DNA of 64,000 nucleotides from Eledone cirrhosa (Eukaryota): NCBI GenBank assembly GCA_964016885.1, contig OZ024746.1, positions 76,260,001 to 76,324,000 of the forward strand, read 5' to 3'. Shown piece by piece: positions 39,630 to 53,184 of this stretch (position 1 is its first letter; each line of letters starts with the position of its first letter). The notes under the pieces were generated by a model. It saw only the letters and a program-made list of their open reading frames with translations, ran no database searches and was not told where the DNA came from. The position numbers and the translations under genes were made by a program.

Positions 39630-42336
39630 TAATTTCAATTTAAGAAATTGAATTTTAAAAAATGTGTCTAACTGATTTGTTTTCGCTTCTCTACATGACA
39701 CTTTGATATGACTTCTTATAAGAACTGATATTGCAGAGATTTATTTCTAGATTCAAAATAAATTAAATATCTGATGAATACTATTAAAATAATTAGCAAT
39801 GACAACAACCACAACAAACATAACAGCAACAAAAGACATAGTTTCTTGTTATATGAAGTAAATATTTACTCTTGGGTTCTGGTTGTAGATAATAAAAATC
39901 AGAAAATAGTTTTGAAGTATTTATTCATTATTCTCATTGGTTAGTAATAGGGCTGAATTAATGTAACAAGATGCCTTAGACTAGAATATTTGGAGCTTCT
40001 AGCACCTGTTCACATGAAACTTAATGAAAAATAAAAGTACATAAATGTAGGCCTATAATGATGAGATTTCTATTGCAATCTATGCTGACCTTTAAAAGAG
40101 AAGTGATACCCAAAGAAAAATGTAATATTCTAAATTTTGACAACAATGTCAACTTTCATTGGTATATTCTGATATTACATTTGCCAAAATACTTTGAACA
40201 TTCTTTTGTGCAAACTCATCAACTATGTATTGAAATCAATGAGCTATAATTTATACTCAGATCAGACAAACATCAAATATCATCAATCATTTTTTATCCT
40301 TTTTAGTCTGGAAAATAATCTTTCACCACCACAGTTCATGACCATCAAACAAGAACAATTTAAACATGGTTTCCACATTTAGAAAAAAGCTCTCTGAATT
40401 TTCTCCTTGGTTATTATATTATACATATCTTGTTGAGTGACATTTCCCAGCTGAAGGTGGGCTTGTTTAATATACAGGTGAAAGTACAAGAGTGCATCAA
40501 CATCTTTTGGATACTTTCAACAAAATCTCAACACCTTTTGAATTTTATCCCTAGATGCTCCCAAGTTCACCAAAAATGAAAAATTACCAGCTACATCTCT
40601 ATACACTGTTGCTCTCTTGTGAAGGTTGGCTTTAAGAACATCCATAGCTAGGATAAATGAATTCACCCTAACCTCCAGGAGAAAGCTTGTTCATTACTTC
40701 TGGAGCTGTTTCATTATTCTTTTGAGCTTTTCCTATACTTTGCTTCCTTCTGGCACTTTTGTAGTCAATACCAGGGAAAATCACGTTTGCTTATTGTTCA
40801 ATGTCATCAAGTTTATCCAGAGTGTTTGATACAAACTATAATTTTGATCTGTATAAGTTAGCATATGTTCAATGAAATTTGTGGACTTTGGATGGCCTTG
40901 CTAACTTCATTAAATTGATCCAACAAATGTGCCCAGCTGGAGCATGAAAACAAAGTCTAATTCAGTTAGAAAAATTTTACTGCATCTAGGCATGAATCAA
41001 CTGCAGTTTATCCAACTAGGTCAAGAGAATGCCCAGCACATGGAGTGAACTTCATAGATTTGTTTCTTTCCAAATATTTTGCTGAAAACCATTATATTTC
41101 TCAGTGGTGGATTGGCAGTATCAGTAGAGCATCAGACGCCATGCTTTGCGGCATAGAGTTATGGCCCTTTTCGTTCTGTGCTCAAATTCCACCCAGGTTA
41201 ACTTTGCCTTTCATCCTTACTGGGTCGATAAAATAACGTACCAGTAATGCACTGAGATAATTGCTGGCCTTGTACCAAAAGTAGAAACAATTATATTTCT
41301 CAGTGACATTTGCTGCATTTTCAAATCCCGCCGCGGTTAACTTTGCCTTTCATCCTTACTGGGTCGATAACATAAAGTACCAGTAATGCACTGAGGTAAT
41401 TGCTGGCCTTGTACCAAAAGTAGAAACAATTATCATATGATTGTCTTCTACACTTCCTGGAAGTCATTTCCAGTTCATCAAAGTAATTCAGAATAAGCTC
41501 AACCATACTATTACAGGTGTAGTCTTTTAATAGAAAAAAAAATCTCAGAAACCATTCAACTGGTAATGCCACTAAGGGAAACATAACTAACAGTAAGAGT
41601 AATGTGGGAAACACTTACACACACATACATACACATATTTATACAATGGGACAGATACATATGTATTATCATCATCATCATTTTTATGTATGCTTATACC
41701 TACATATATAGACATATACATACATGCACACTACACACACATTTGTGTATGTGTGTTATATGTTTGCGTACATGTGTATGCGTTTGTATATTATGATTGT
41801 ATACATGTGTGTAAAAACACACACAAATACATGTATTACAGAGAGAGTGAGAGATACATATGTATATGGAAAAGCGGACATAAAAATGATAATGATGATG
41901 ATATAAGCATATACATAGACAGACATATACATATACACACAGTAAACACATCTCTGTGTGTATTATGTTTTCATATATGTGCATATCATTGTGTGGGTGT
42001 CAGTGGCAGATTAAGGTAGAGGTGGGAGCTGACTGGGCTGCTGTCAGGGGCCCTGCAATATTTGTGGGTCACAAATTAATTTTTTAGGTGACATATATAA
42101 TTGTTTCTACTTTTGGCACAAGGCCAGCAATTACCCAGTGTATTACTGGTACTTTATTTTATCGACCCCCGTAAGGATGAAAGACAAAGTTAACCTATAT
42201 AATATGCAAATACTCCAAGGGAATTTTTAGCCAGGAGACTCATGCAAGTTTAATCAACCCCTGGTAAATGTGTGTGTATGTGAGAGTGTGTAAAGACAGT
42301 GACCAAAGTAATGATCTCATATTCAATTGATTTCAG

Positions 42337-42522
42337 ATGTACCGCATCACGCTTTATGGATACAGAAAAAGCAAGAGGGTATTGTTTTTTGAGAAAAAGA
42401 ATAGCGGAGTCTTTGGAGTGTTTAAATCAATAAGGTTTGTTCCAAGACTTTCTGTGATTGACCAAATCTCAGGAACCATTCTATCAAAAGCTATTCAATA
42501 TGCTGAACAAATGTTTGACTGA
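42337..42522 (+). CDS. Gene B alternative terminal exon 6c
   Basis: Same acceptor context, 61 codons, intact: MYRITLYGYRKS...AEQMFD*. AATAAA at 42655. Confidence 0.8.
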   Translation: MYRITLYGYRKSKRVLFFEKKNSGVFGVFKSIRFVPRLSVIDQISGTILSKAIQYAEQMFD

Positions 42523-43729
42523 TAATTTTTGTTTAAGAAATCAAATATGAAAAAAAAATTGTCTAACTGGTATTTGCCTTCCTGTCTCAACATGACACTT
42601 TGTTATAATTCATTAAAATAATTGGAGATGATGAAATTTCATTTCCGGATTCATAATAAATTAAAATCTGATGAATGTTTAAAAGAATTAACAACAACCG
42701 CAACCATACAGCAACAACAACAGGAACCATACAACAACAACAACAACAACCATACAACAACAAAATTCATTGTTTCATATAATTGTTTCAAGTAATTTTC
42801 ACTCTGGAGTTCCAATTAAAAATCAAAATACACTGTTTTAAAGTATTCGTTGATTATTCTCATTATTCTCATTTGTTGACACCTATAACTAGCAATATCT
42901 TTTAAAATCATTTGTGAACTTTGCTAACTTCAATAAATTGATCCAACAAGTGTGTACATCTGGGCAACAAAGTCTAATTCAATCAGAAAAATTTCCCTAC
43001 ATGAATGAATCAACTGCAGTTTATTCAACTAGATCTAGAGAATACCCAGCACATAGAATGAATCTCATAAATTTATTTTCTACTAAAAGAAGTCTAGGTT
43101 CCAGCCAACTGGCCTGACCTGCAAGAAATAGAAGCAAAATCTTCCACATATACTTATTCTAACACCTTAAAAAAGAACACATTGAGACTGCCAAAAATCT
43201 GGGTGGTCACAATTAGAATGCCTTTTGGAATAGGTGGAATAGGTTGATCTGGGGCTAAACTCCAATAACACTTTGCTCTCACTCTCCTCACACACAGACA
43301 TCACAGGGTCTTAACTGTTTACTATTCTGCACTAGTAAATATCCTTTATCTATCCATATCTCTTGTCAACCATACCTGTAGTAATATGAGTGGAACTACT
43401 TTAAATGCATGCTGTGTCTAGTATCTTTAGTGTGAGAATACAATACATCCATCTCTTTCTCTTTTCAGCCTAATTTGCTATCTGTCAACATCTATGTATA
43501 CATACATCTGCTACACAAATAAAATACATGTTAACTGCAACCATTTCACTTATGAATTATTACAGAGTGACAGCAAATACAAATACATTAATTCAAGAAT
43601 TACAGAAAATCAACCTTCAATCCAGTCAAAACTACAAAAAAATATCATAAATATATGTAATCAAAATTCCAATAATAGTTGAGAATCAACCTTCAGCCTA
43701 GCCAAAACAACAAAAGTGACGAAATGACA

Positions 43730-44795
43730 TTAACCCTTTAGCACTTAAACTGGCTATACCCAGCCATAATTTTTTTCACCACTTTCTGTTCAAACTAGCC
43801 ATAATCAGCTGCTCATACTGACGTTAAGGTATTGCTCTCAAAATAAATCTATATATCTAAAACAGAGAATGTTTGTCTGTCTGACTCCCTAAAACTCGAG
43901 AACCACCCAACTGATTTTTTTCAAACTTTACACATGTAATACTTATGGTCGTGTGAGTGTTTTGAGCGAAAAATATTTCAAATTTTCAAAGCCCTAGGGA
44001 CCGCATTAGGCGAAAAAGCGATCTCTCTCTGCCTTTCTTAGTATGACTTTTTAGATAGATACATAGCTACATCGCGCCCTTATATATATGTATATATATA
44101 TATATATATATAGTAACGTTTTTCGAAATATTTACTTCTGCGTTCACAGATTGATTTTTTCAGTTTCAGAAGCTCCCCTTAAGGGTGAAAACAGTGATTT
44201 TTCGCTTAAAGTTTAATCTATTAGTTTGATATATATATATATAATTATATATTCGTGTACAGATATTTTTGCATACCCAATAACAAAATATAAACAAACG
44301 TATTTATTTCACGAGGTTCGATAAGGATAAATATATATCAAATATATAAGAACCCTAGAGCAAATATTGTTCTCATTGCTGACGAGGCAGAAGGGGATAT
44401 ACACGATTGGCTGAAGAAGGAAAAGACTGTGTTAGTAGTATGACCAACGGCCGCTATCACACCAACAGCAGCAAAAACAACAACAAAAAAGAGAGGGAGC
44501 GCAATTACATGCTTTTGAAAAATATTAATGGAAAATTATTTGCCTATTCACCCAAGGCGACTTCACTTTTTATTAGGATTTCTGCATCAATTGGTGAACA
44601 TACGACGAAACTGTTTCAGAAAGGAGGGATAAACATGCCAATCTATGTTTAGAATCCCGAGCAACGCCGGGCCATTCTGCTAGTGATATCAAAATCTCAT
44701 AGATTCAATATTATTTGAGATAATTATATTAAATATAGTGTTTACTGTAAAAATACAATAGTAAATATAGAGTAATGTAAATGCTAAAGGGTTAA
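43730..44795. mobile_element. TTAA-flanked MITE (TIR TTAACCCTTTAGCA) interrupted by a Helitron
   Basis: Inverted termini at 43730 and 44782-44795. Uninterrupted relatives at ~18553-18770 and ~62280-62480 (-). Confidence 0.75.
43848..44683 (+). mobile_element. Non-autonomous Helitron
   Basis: 5' TC, 3' CTAG, subterminal hairpin cccgagcaacgccggg, inserted between A and T with no TSD. Confidence 0.85.
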
Positions 44796-45184
44796 TTCAA
44801 GAGAACCAGAAAATCAACATTCAACCCAGTCTGATTAACAACATAAAAAGTAAAACATCTACTTCCAATTTAAATGTACAAACACAAGCAATGTTTAAAA
44901 ACCCAGACATGAGAAAACATTGCTCAAACTTTAACTAACCTTTTAGATAGTCTTCATTGTTGTTGTTGGATTTCCATTGGTTCTAATGGTTAATCAAATA
45001 ACAGCCTGCTTGTAAAATTAAGGTTTAAGTGACTGAGCACTCCACAGACAGGTGCATACATAACATAGTTCTCAAAAAGATTCAGCATAACAGTGTGTGA
45101 CAAGGTTGGCACTTTAAATTACAGGTACAACTCATTTTTGCTGAGTAGACTGGAACAACAGGTTATAACTGAAACACTTATAAC

Positions 45185-45670
45185 AAGTTATATCAACAAC
45201 AGCTGCACCAGTTATACCAATAAGTTGCACAAGTTATAGCAAAAGCTGCACCAGTTATAGCAACAACAGCGGAACCAGTTATAGCAACAACAGCAGTACC
45301 AGTTATATCAACAAAAGCTGCACCAGTTATACCAATAAGTTGCACCAGTTATAGCAACAACAGCGGCACCAGTTATATCAATAACAGTTGCACCAGTTAT
45401 ACCAATAAGTTGCACCAGTTATAGCAACAACAACGGCACCAGTTATATCAACAAAAGCTGCACCAGTTATACCAATAACAGTTGCACCAGTTATATCAAC
45501 AACAGCGGCACCAGTTATACCAACAACAGTTGCACCAGTTATACCAACAACAGTTGCACCAGTTATACCAACAACAGCTGCACCAGTTATAGCAACAACA
45601 CCTGCACCAGTTATACCAACAACAGCTGCACAAGTTATAGCAACAGCTGCACCAATTATAGTAACAACAG
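45185..45670. repeat. 21-24 nt minisatellite (gcaccagttataNcaacaacagYt) x~20
   Basis: Tandem units of variable length; no continuous ORF across the array. Confidence 0.9.
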
Positions 45671-46806
45671 TACATGTAAAACAAATTATAACAGTTCACC
45701 AAGTCCAGCTGAATTATTCAACATCATTGATAACAAAACAACATATGAACTACCACCAGCCATACAAACATTTCTGTTTTATGAATCCTGTTGCATCAAC
45801 TATACTAAATCTCTAAAAAAAAGCAATCATACAATGAACAATAATTAGACATTTATTAGAATTTATTCTTATCCACTGTGTAACTATAATCCTCCTATTG
45901 AAAAGGAGTATAGTAATATGAGTGGAACCACTTTACATGTGTATATATGGTGTATCTACTATCTTTAGTGTAAGAATACAACATATCCATCTCTCTCTCT
46001 CTTTTCAGTCCAATTTTCTGTCAACATGTGTGTATGCACATCTCTGCTGTACAAATAAAATACTTGTTAACCACAACAATCTTGCTTATCAATTATAACA
46101 TTACTGTCTCTCCAAACATTCTACCTTACCTCTTTCTCCCTTCCATAGTCAAACTAGTAAAATTCACCTTCATTCTTTCATCTTAGTATATCCCAAGGTT
46201 TAGTTATGTCTACCATACTCTGTTAATTGTGCACTAATAACCTATTTGTTGTTACTTCTAACCATACATCTTTCTACACAGTTGATACTACTTTCCAATC
46301 TCCTTTTAACTTCTGCATGCAGGATCACCCATACACCTCCCATACAATAAAAATTGCTACTATAACAAGAGCCCATGGAAATATCTTCTGAAAACTTCAC
46401 AAAGACAATTGTTACACATATTAAAAAAGAGGTCTTGCACTACATCCTCCTTACTCACGAACAACAAAAAATAACACTTTCACAGTTGAAAATACTACAA
46501 ATATTAAACCTCACAATCTGTGACAATCTTCTATAGCTACATGCCCTTGCTATCTCCATCCATTTTATAGTGTATACTGGTTACATTTTTGTTATGTCAC
46601 CAACACTAAAGAGGTTGCCATGCCCTTCATTCAACTGAAGAGTCTTCTTGACCCTTTTAACCAAACCGTTTAAAATCAATTGCCTTTCAAAAATTTTATT
46701 CCAATAAAATAATTGTCAAAATATTACAGGTGTTAATGAGATGGATCATGAATGTATAATGAATTGAGAATTGTTTCGAATATTTCAGCTGTCGAACCAG
46801 CAAAAA

Positions 46807-46902
46807 TTAAACAGGTCTATCATCACCTCGGATTGCACGATATTTGGCCATTTCATTTGGAAATACCTTGCTCAACTCTGCTATGAGAGTAACTTTAAAC
46901 TT
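46807..46902 (-). CDS. MED10: Mediator subunit 10, exon 4
   Basis: KFKVTLIAELSKVFPNEMAKYRAIRGDDRPV*. Minus-strand AATAAA at 46695-46700. Confidence 0.95.
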   Translation of the reverse strand, partial: KFKVTLIAELSKVFPNEMAKYRAIRGDDRPV

Positions 46903-48321
46903 CTGAAATTATACAAAAAAAAAAAAGAGAAAAAGAAATCCTGTAATGATTTGGCAGAAACTATTTTAAAATAGGTTTGTTAATTTAAATGTTGGTTGTA
47001 TCTTTACAAGTAGATGGATTGATGTGAAAATTTACAGTAATAGAGTAAAAACTTTAGTTTTTAATGAGATTCAGTCATAGTGCTGTTTTGTACTTTTCAA
47101 GAATGTCTTGTTAATGTGGTTTCATGTGCTACAAGATGTCAAGAGTTAAAATAAAGAAATAGTTTTGCAACTACATAAAGAGTAATTTTTTGTATAATTA
47201 AGCAAAAAATGTAATTTCTTAAATGTTCAAATATCTGAGAAAAGTTATTGGCAATATTATAATAATTATTTCTATTTTTGGCACAAGGCCAGCAATTATT
47301 CCAGTGTATTACTGGCACTTTATTTTATCGACCCCATAAGGATGAAAGACAAAGTTAACCTCGACGGGAATTGAACTCAGACCTTAAAGGGCCGTAACTC
47401 TTTGCTGCAAAGAATGGCGTCCGACCCTCTACCAATACTACTAATCCACCACCCTATTATTATAATAATACTTTGAATTATGAACCTCAACTTTAAAGAG
47501 TTGTCAAAGGCTAGTGTTTAAAACCTATGTTATTATTTATGTAGCATAATTGACTGGGGTCAATTTAATCGACATTCCTCTCTCCCCAAATTGCTGGCCT
47601 TATGCCTATCATAGAAATCATTATTTATGTAGCAAAGGAGATGACACAAGACCAAGATGACTGGCAATATGCCATAATACAAATGACTCATCCACCAATA
47701 TAAGCAATGCAACACTATAAGTGAAAGTGGTGAGAGACTGGAGGATAGTGTTGACAATTGAATGGAAACAATATAGGTTTTGAGAAGATTATTCAGTCTG
47801 GACAAACATGTGACAATCTTTCTAATACTGGTGCCATGATAAAATGCACCCAGTACAATTTCTTGAAGTAGTAATGCTGGTACCATGAAAAAAATGTACC
47901 CAGTACATCCTGTAAGGTGATCAAGGGGATCCAGCAGTAGAAATCTTGTTAAATATGAAACATATGAACACATGAGGTAATTCCAACCTATCTGTTTTCA
48001 GACTATGTAAACCCATGCCAGCATGGAGAAGCAGAAAGCAGATACACCTTCAAGGAGCTCTTAACCTCTATGATACCAACTACCTGAAATTGGTCCTGGT
48101 TATATGATACAAAACAACTTATTTTAAAGTGTTTATATTTATCTAAAAATTTTCCATCATAATTTTATGTAAGAACTTTTGTTAAATTATGCTCCAAACA
48201 CCAGCTTAATAATGAGAAAGTTAGTTATATTACTAAATCCTTAATTATTTTCAAAATTATTTGAAAATAATAATAGGCAGCGTCTTTCATTAGAAGTATG
48301 GTAAGGAAAGGGTTAGTTTAC

Positions 48322-48424
48322 CTTGAAATTATCGATTTTGCCTTTCACTAATTCATTTTTAGCAAGAGCCTTTTCTAAGCATTCTTTGGTATATAGATGT
48401 GGATTTTTCCCTCTATCAATACAA
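48322..48424 (-). CDS. MED10: Mediator subunit 10, exon 3
   Basis: CIDRGKNPHLYTKECLEKALAKNELVKGKIDNFK, with canonical AG/GT. Confidence 0.95.
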
Positions 48425-50731
48425 CTGAAAATAAATATGAGAAAATTAGATATGAAAGAAAAAAAACAACAACAACTATTATTCATATTGCCTGAGGTAA
48501 TTATGATATAAATAGCAAATACTTTTTCTATCTGCTATGAAATATAAAACAAAAGAACATTCAGTAGAGTATAAGTAAGATTATGTTGGATAGAATCGTT
48601 AGCAGTCATCACCATCATCATCATTTTTACATGTTTTTTCCTTGTTGGCACAGTCTGAAACCAGACAGGTCAGAGTGAGGTAGGGAGAGTAAATGCTTGT
48701 TCATATGATTCATTTTAGGTACGATTTCTACAGCTGGATGCCCTTCCTAACACCAACAACTTCACAGGGTGGTTTTAGTATAAAAAAGCTTAAAGAATTG
48801 CTAACTTTGTTGGCAACAAAGGGTTTTTCTCCTGTGCAAAAAGTAGACTGGTAGACTATATGAACAGTATGCAATATGTGATTCTTGTTGATTGAGAAAG
48901 ATCTACAGTGGTTATAATTACTTGGATGAAAGGTAAAGCAAGTAGGTGAGCTTTAACCTTTTTGATTCCAAAATGCCTATTACTGTGATAAAAAAATATT
49001 TGTTTTAAAGTGTTTCCATTTATCTACAAACCATTCACCATAATTTTATGTAAAAGTCTTTGTTCAATCATGTTTCTAACACCATCTTAGTAATGCAAGA
49101 GTTATATTACAAAATCCCTTCAAATTTTTATCATTTTGAAATTACTTGAAAGTCATAAACAGTGTTTTTCATTACAAATACAGTAACGAAAGGGTTAATT
49201 GTATCAGCCTATGTGCAGCAGATAAAAACATGCTGAGGCTGAATTTCAGGATGTTGTGCTTCAACAATAAACTGTCACATGATCAAAATCTAATGATATT
49301 CTCTACTACAAACAAGTCCAGCCTGTGATAGCATAGAAAAACTGATATTGATGTTATTATGATGATAATCAGACATGAAAAGTATGGAACCATATTATTT
49401 AGAGAAATGTTCAAAATTAAAATGATAAATAGTAGTTGATATATATAGTGTTGTAATGAGATAGTAGCACTGGTGCCATAAAATGCAGACCTCACTCTGT
49501 AGAGTGGTAATGCTGGTGCCATATTAAAAAGCACCCAGCCCCTCAGTAAGGTGGTAGTACTGAGGCAATGACCACCACCCCAAAAAAAAACAAGTCCACC
49601 CTGTAAGACAGTAGTGCAAGAATCATGATAAAATACTCCTAGCACATGCTGTAAAGTGGTTGCCATTAGGAAGGGCATCCAACCATAGTATCCATGTCAA
49701 AAATGGAGAATACGTGCAAAACATGGTCATTTGATCAGTCAGTCATGTCTTGGTACATGATAACCTGACTAATCCATGCGAGCATGGAAAATAGATGTTA
49801 ATCATGCGAGCTTGATTAGCTTGGATTAATTAGCAGATGATGGATAAAAATCCCAAAATACTAGTATCTAGCATTCTCACAGCTTAAAACATTGAAAACG
49901 AGGCTTATATATGTTTATTTTACACAAACATATCATAAATACCTTCATTTACACCTCTATTTATATATATATATATGTGTGTGTGTTTTAATACATGGTG
50001 TTAGTCGCACACTTTAAAAAGACTTTTATAAAAGTTTCATAGGCATTCTTAGTAATCATCATATATATATGTATATATATATATACATATACATACACTT
50101 TGGTCATGACTGACTATGTGTTTTCACTCGGAAAGCCTGGGTATGGTGTTTTAGTGGAAGACCAACAGTCACGTATGCATACCAATCTCCCTTCTCCACA
50201 CCACTAATGTTCTATAGAAAGACAATGTCTGAGACAGCTTCGAACCAAAATCTGCACAACCCCTTTTTTTTATCCACCTGAGTAAACTGGGGCAACATGA
50301 AATAATGTGTCTTGCTCAAGGACACACGTGTCCAAGTCAAGGAATAAAATTCATGATCTTACGAATGTAAGCCTAACATCCTAACCCTCACATACACACA
50401 CACACACATCTATCATCATCATTGTTTAACATCCATTTTCCTTGCTAGACCAGTCAGTACTCAAGCAAAGCCTCTAACCTCCAGGTCATACATTCCCACT
50501 TTTTATAACTCCAACACTAGGTAAGTTGTCATGTCTTTGACATAGCTGAAGAGTCTCACAACCCTTTGTTTAGTAGGTTTTCTATGGTTGGATGCTCTTC
50601 CTATCACCAACCACTTTACAGAGTGTACTGGCTGCATTTATTGTTTAGATCACCAACACTAGAAAGGTTGCCATATCCATGACACACGTGAAGAATCCTC
50701 CTGACTCTTTGTATATGAAGATATTACTTAC

Positions 50732-50815
50732 TCAAAAACTTCTAATGGTACTTGTACATCATGCATCTGTCCTTTTAACTTGTCGATTTCTTGCATACCT
50801 GTCACCATAGAATGG
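50732..50815 (-). CDS. MED10: Mediator subunit 10, exon 2
   Basis: HSMVTGMQEIDKLKGQMHDVQVPLEVF, with canonical AG/GTAAGT. Confidence 0.95.
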
Positions 50816-52596
50816 CTGATAACAAAATGAAATAAGAATGAGAAAACATAAATATTTTAAAAAATAAAGATTAAGTTGCTGCTAAGCAATGGTTATCCTG
50901 TTTCAAATGTTTGAGAGAGAACAACATATTTTAACATAAAACTAAATACTTATTATAGGATTTCTGACTATGGTAAGATGTGTTTTCTGGTTTGTTATTT
51001 AGGAATATATGCTATAATCTTCATTATATGCCCCTTGTTATCAACATTCTTATTTAATGGTCATTTTTAGTAACATTAAAACATATTTAAAAATTTGTAA
51101 ATAAAATAAAAAATGACTTTGCATAAAGTGCTCCTTTTACAGGTCATCATGAAAAGGATGGTAGATTTTTTTTTATAATCCTCCTTGATGGCCTCACTAG
51201 CCTGATTAGCACATTCTTAATAATGAACCATTTCATTCCATTCCTAAGAACTTTTTATTCTCTTCATTGTAAACAGTGTGAATTACTTTTTTCCTGAATT
51301 ACTTTTTTCTTTTATGCCCCTTTTTTATATGTCAAATTTATACATGGCTAGTGAAATAAATGATAAGAAAAAAAATGATGATCTGAAAGCTTGTATGGAG
51401 TCATTAAAGCTGCTTGGAATAGCAGCTAAATCCCCCTCAAAAACCACGTTATAGCCTTGACCATGGAGACTGCAAGCACCACGATAGAATTATCCTCTTT
51501 TCATTCGAAGGAGGTAAATCCTTCATTTGGGACGTCAGATGGTGTGACACATTCTCTGCCTCCAATTTAATTGCTTTGGCTACAAACCACAGTACAGGCA
51601 GACAAGCAAATCCCAGGGCTTGTCTGGCTGCTTCCTCTTTGCACCAGTTGCCATCGAGACTTCAGGCGTCCTCAGACCCTGTATAGCCAAGCTCTCCCGT
51701 AAAATCGGAACTTCAGTAGCCCATTTGAGAAAGGAGCCCCGCGAGGTGTGGTGGCTGTTGTAGCAGGTGTCACTGGCCATTGTCTGCAGAAATGCCTTTA
51801 CAGTTTTGTCTGCAGGGTGCAGCCAAAACACAGCTCTCATAATATCTATGACTACAATTGACTCAGATGTCATCCTCATCATCTTTTAAAGGACGTTAAT
51901 CCTCTTGTGACCATATTTCTAATGAGATATAATTCAAAATAAGAAATCAGATAAAAAAAAACATCATACCATAGTCAAAAATCCTACAACAAATATTTAG
52001 TTGTACTTTAAAATATATTGTCCTCTCAAACATTGTGTAACACCAACAACTGAGATGAAACAGAAGTTTGTCTAATGATATAAAACAGACTTTCCCAAAG
52101 ATACCATAAAAAAGACTCTGGGATATCTTTTAAATTTCATTTAACGTTTTGGATGGTGAAGGATTCTCCCAAAACTATAGGAGGGAAGGATGAAATTTAC
52201 ACCTCACACCTATGCTGGGTTTAGCTGACCGCCTACGAGATTGCATCTTATAGGTTTCGTGGGTGTTTTAATAAGGACCCCAGTTTTATCACGAAAAGCA
52301 ACGTGAAATGAAACATCTTGCTCAAGAACACAACGCGTCACTCGAACCAAGAATTGAACTCACGACCTTATTTATGATCGTGAGTCCAACACCCTAACCG
52401 ATAGGCCACGCGACTTCATCCGCACTCCGAATGTTGACATAGGTTCCACAACGTTGCAAAATCGTACACGGATTCCGCGATAAAATAAGTTTGGGAACTA
52501 CTGATGTTGAAAGTAGGCAATCAATAATTATAATTCTCTTTGTTTTAATTATAATTAAACTGTAAGAATATCTTTTTTTTTTAATGATGATCCTTC

Positions 52597-52875
52597 GTAA
52601 GCAGTAGACGAAATGTAAACAAACGAATCAACAAATTCCGTCATTCTCAATAGCTCAGTCGACAAGTATCATAATAATTTCCTTTCATATTTTCTTTAAT
52701 CATTATCAAACATAATTTAATCTTAAGTATTTTCTTTTACTGATAAGTGAAAGTGATGTAGATACGTTAGATACGTAAAAAAGAGATTGTTTGATGTCTA
52801 TGCATGTTTACTAATAAAGAAAAAAATTTAATTATTGAAATAGATTCGTTTGTTTACATTTCGTCTACCGCTTAC
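52597..52875. mobile_element. MITE-like element with 33 bp inverted repeats
   Basis: gtaagcagtagacgaaatgtaaacaaacgaatc (52597-52629) and its reverse complement with one mismatch (52843-52875). Confidence 0.7.
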
Positions 52876-53184
52876 AAAGACTCGCAAAATAATTTAAATG
52901 CATATACCTTCGTTAACAATTCTCAGTTTTCATGCATTTTATTTATTTACTTTTTTTTTGTTCTTGTTCTTTAGTATATTTTGATTCCGCTAGTTTTAAT
53001 ATAATTTTCTTTAAATTTTAGAGCAATTTCATAAAATATACATATAAACCACATATAGATCCACTTAAAAATAGCTTTATAAAGTTAGAAATATATATTA
53101 CTGGGGTTGGATGTGTGAAGACGTAGTGTATGAAAAATAGCAGTAGGTAATCATAAACATCTCATACAAATCGAAAGTACTTAC

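Noticed and set aside
41602-42019. His/Tyr/Cys-rich ORFs (also at 20073-20279 and 34149-34478)
   Set aside because: Translations of (CA)n, (TA)n and (CAT)n microsatellites.
32860-42522. Three independent 61-aa small genes starting at ATG
   Set aside because: Each ATG directly follows a splice acceptor and continues the gene B reading frame, and the gene A counterpart starts with Val. They are better explained as terminal exons.
45496-45702. Cys-rich ORF resembling a metallothionein or keratin-associated protein
   Set aside because: It is a translation of a minisatellite with a GTG start, and unit variants introduce stops and frameshifts.
45752-45813. Possible minus-strand terminal exon (RFSIVDATGFIKQKCLYGWW*)
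   Set aside because: MED10 already has a complete canonical last exon and polyA signal, and there is no homology support.
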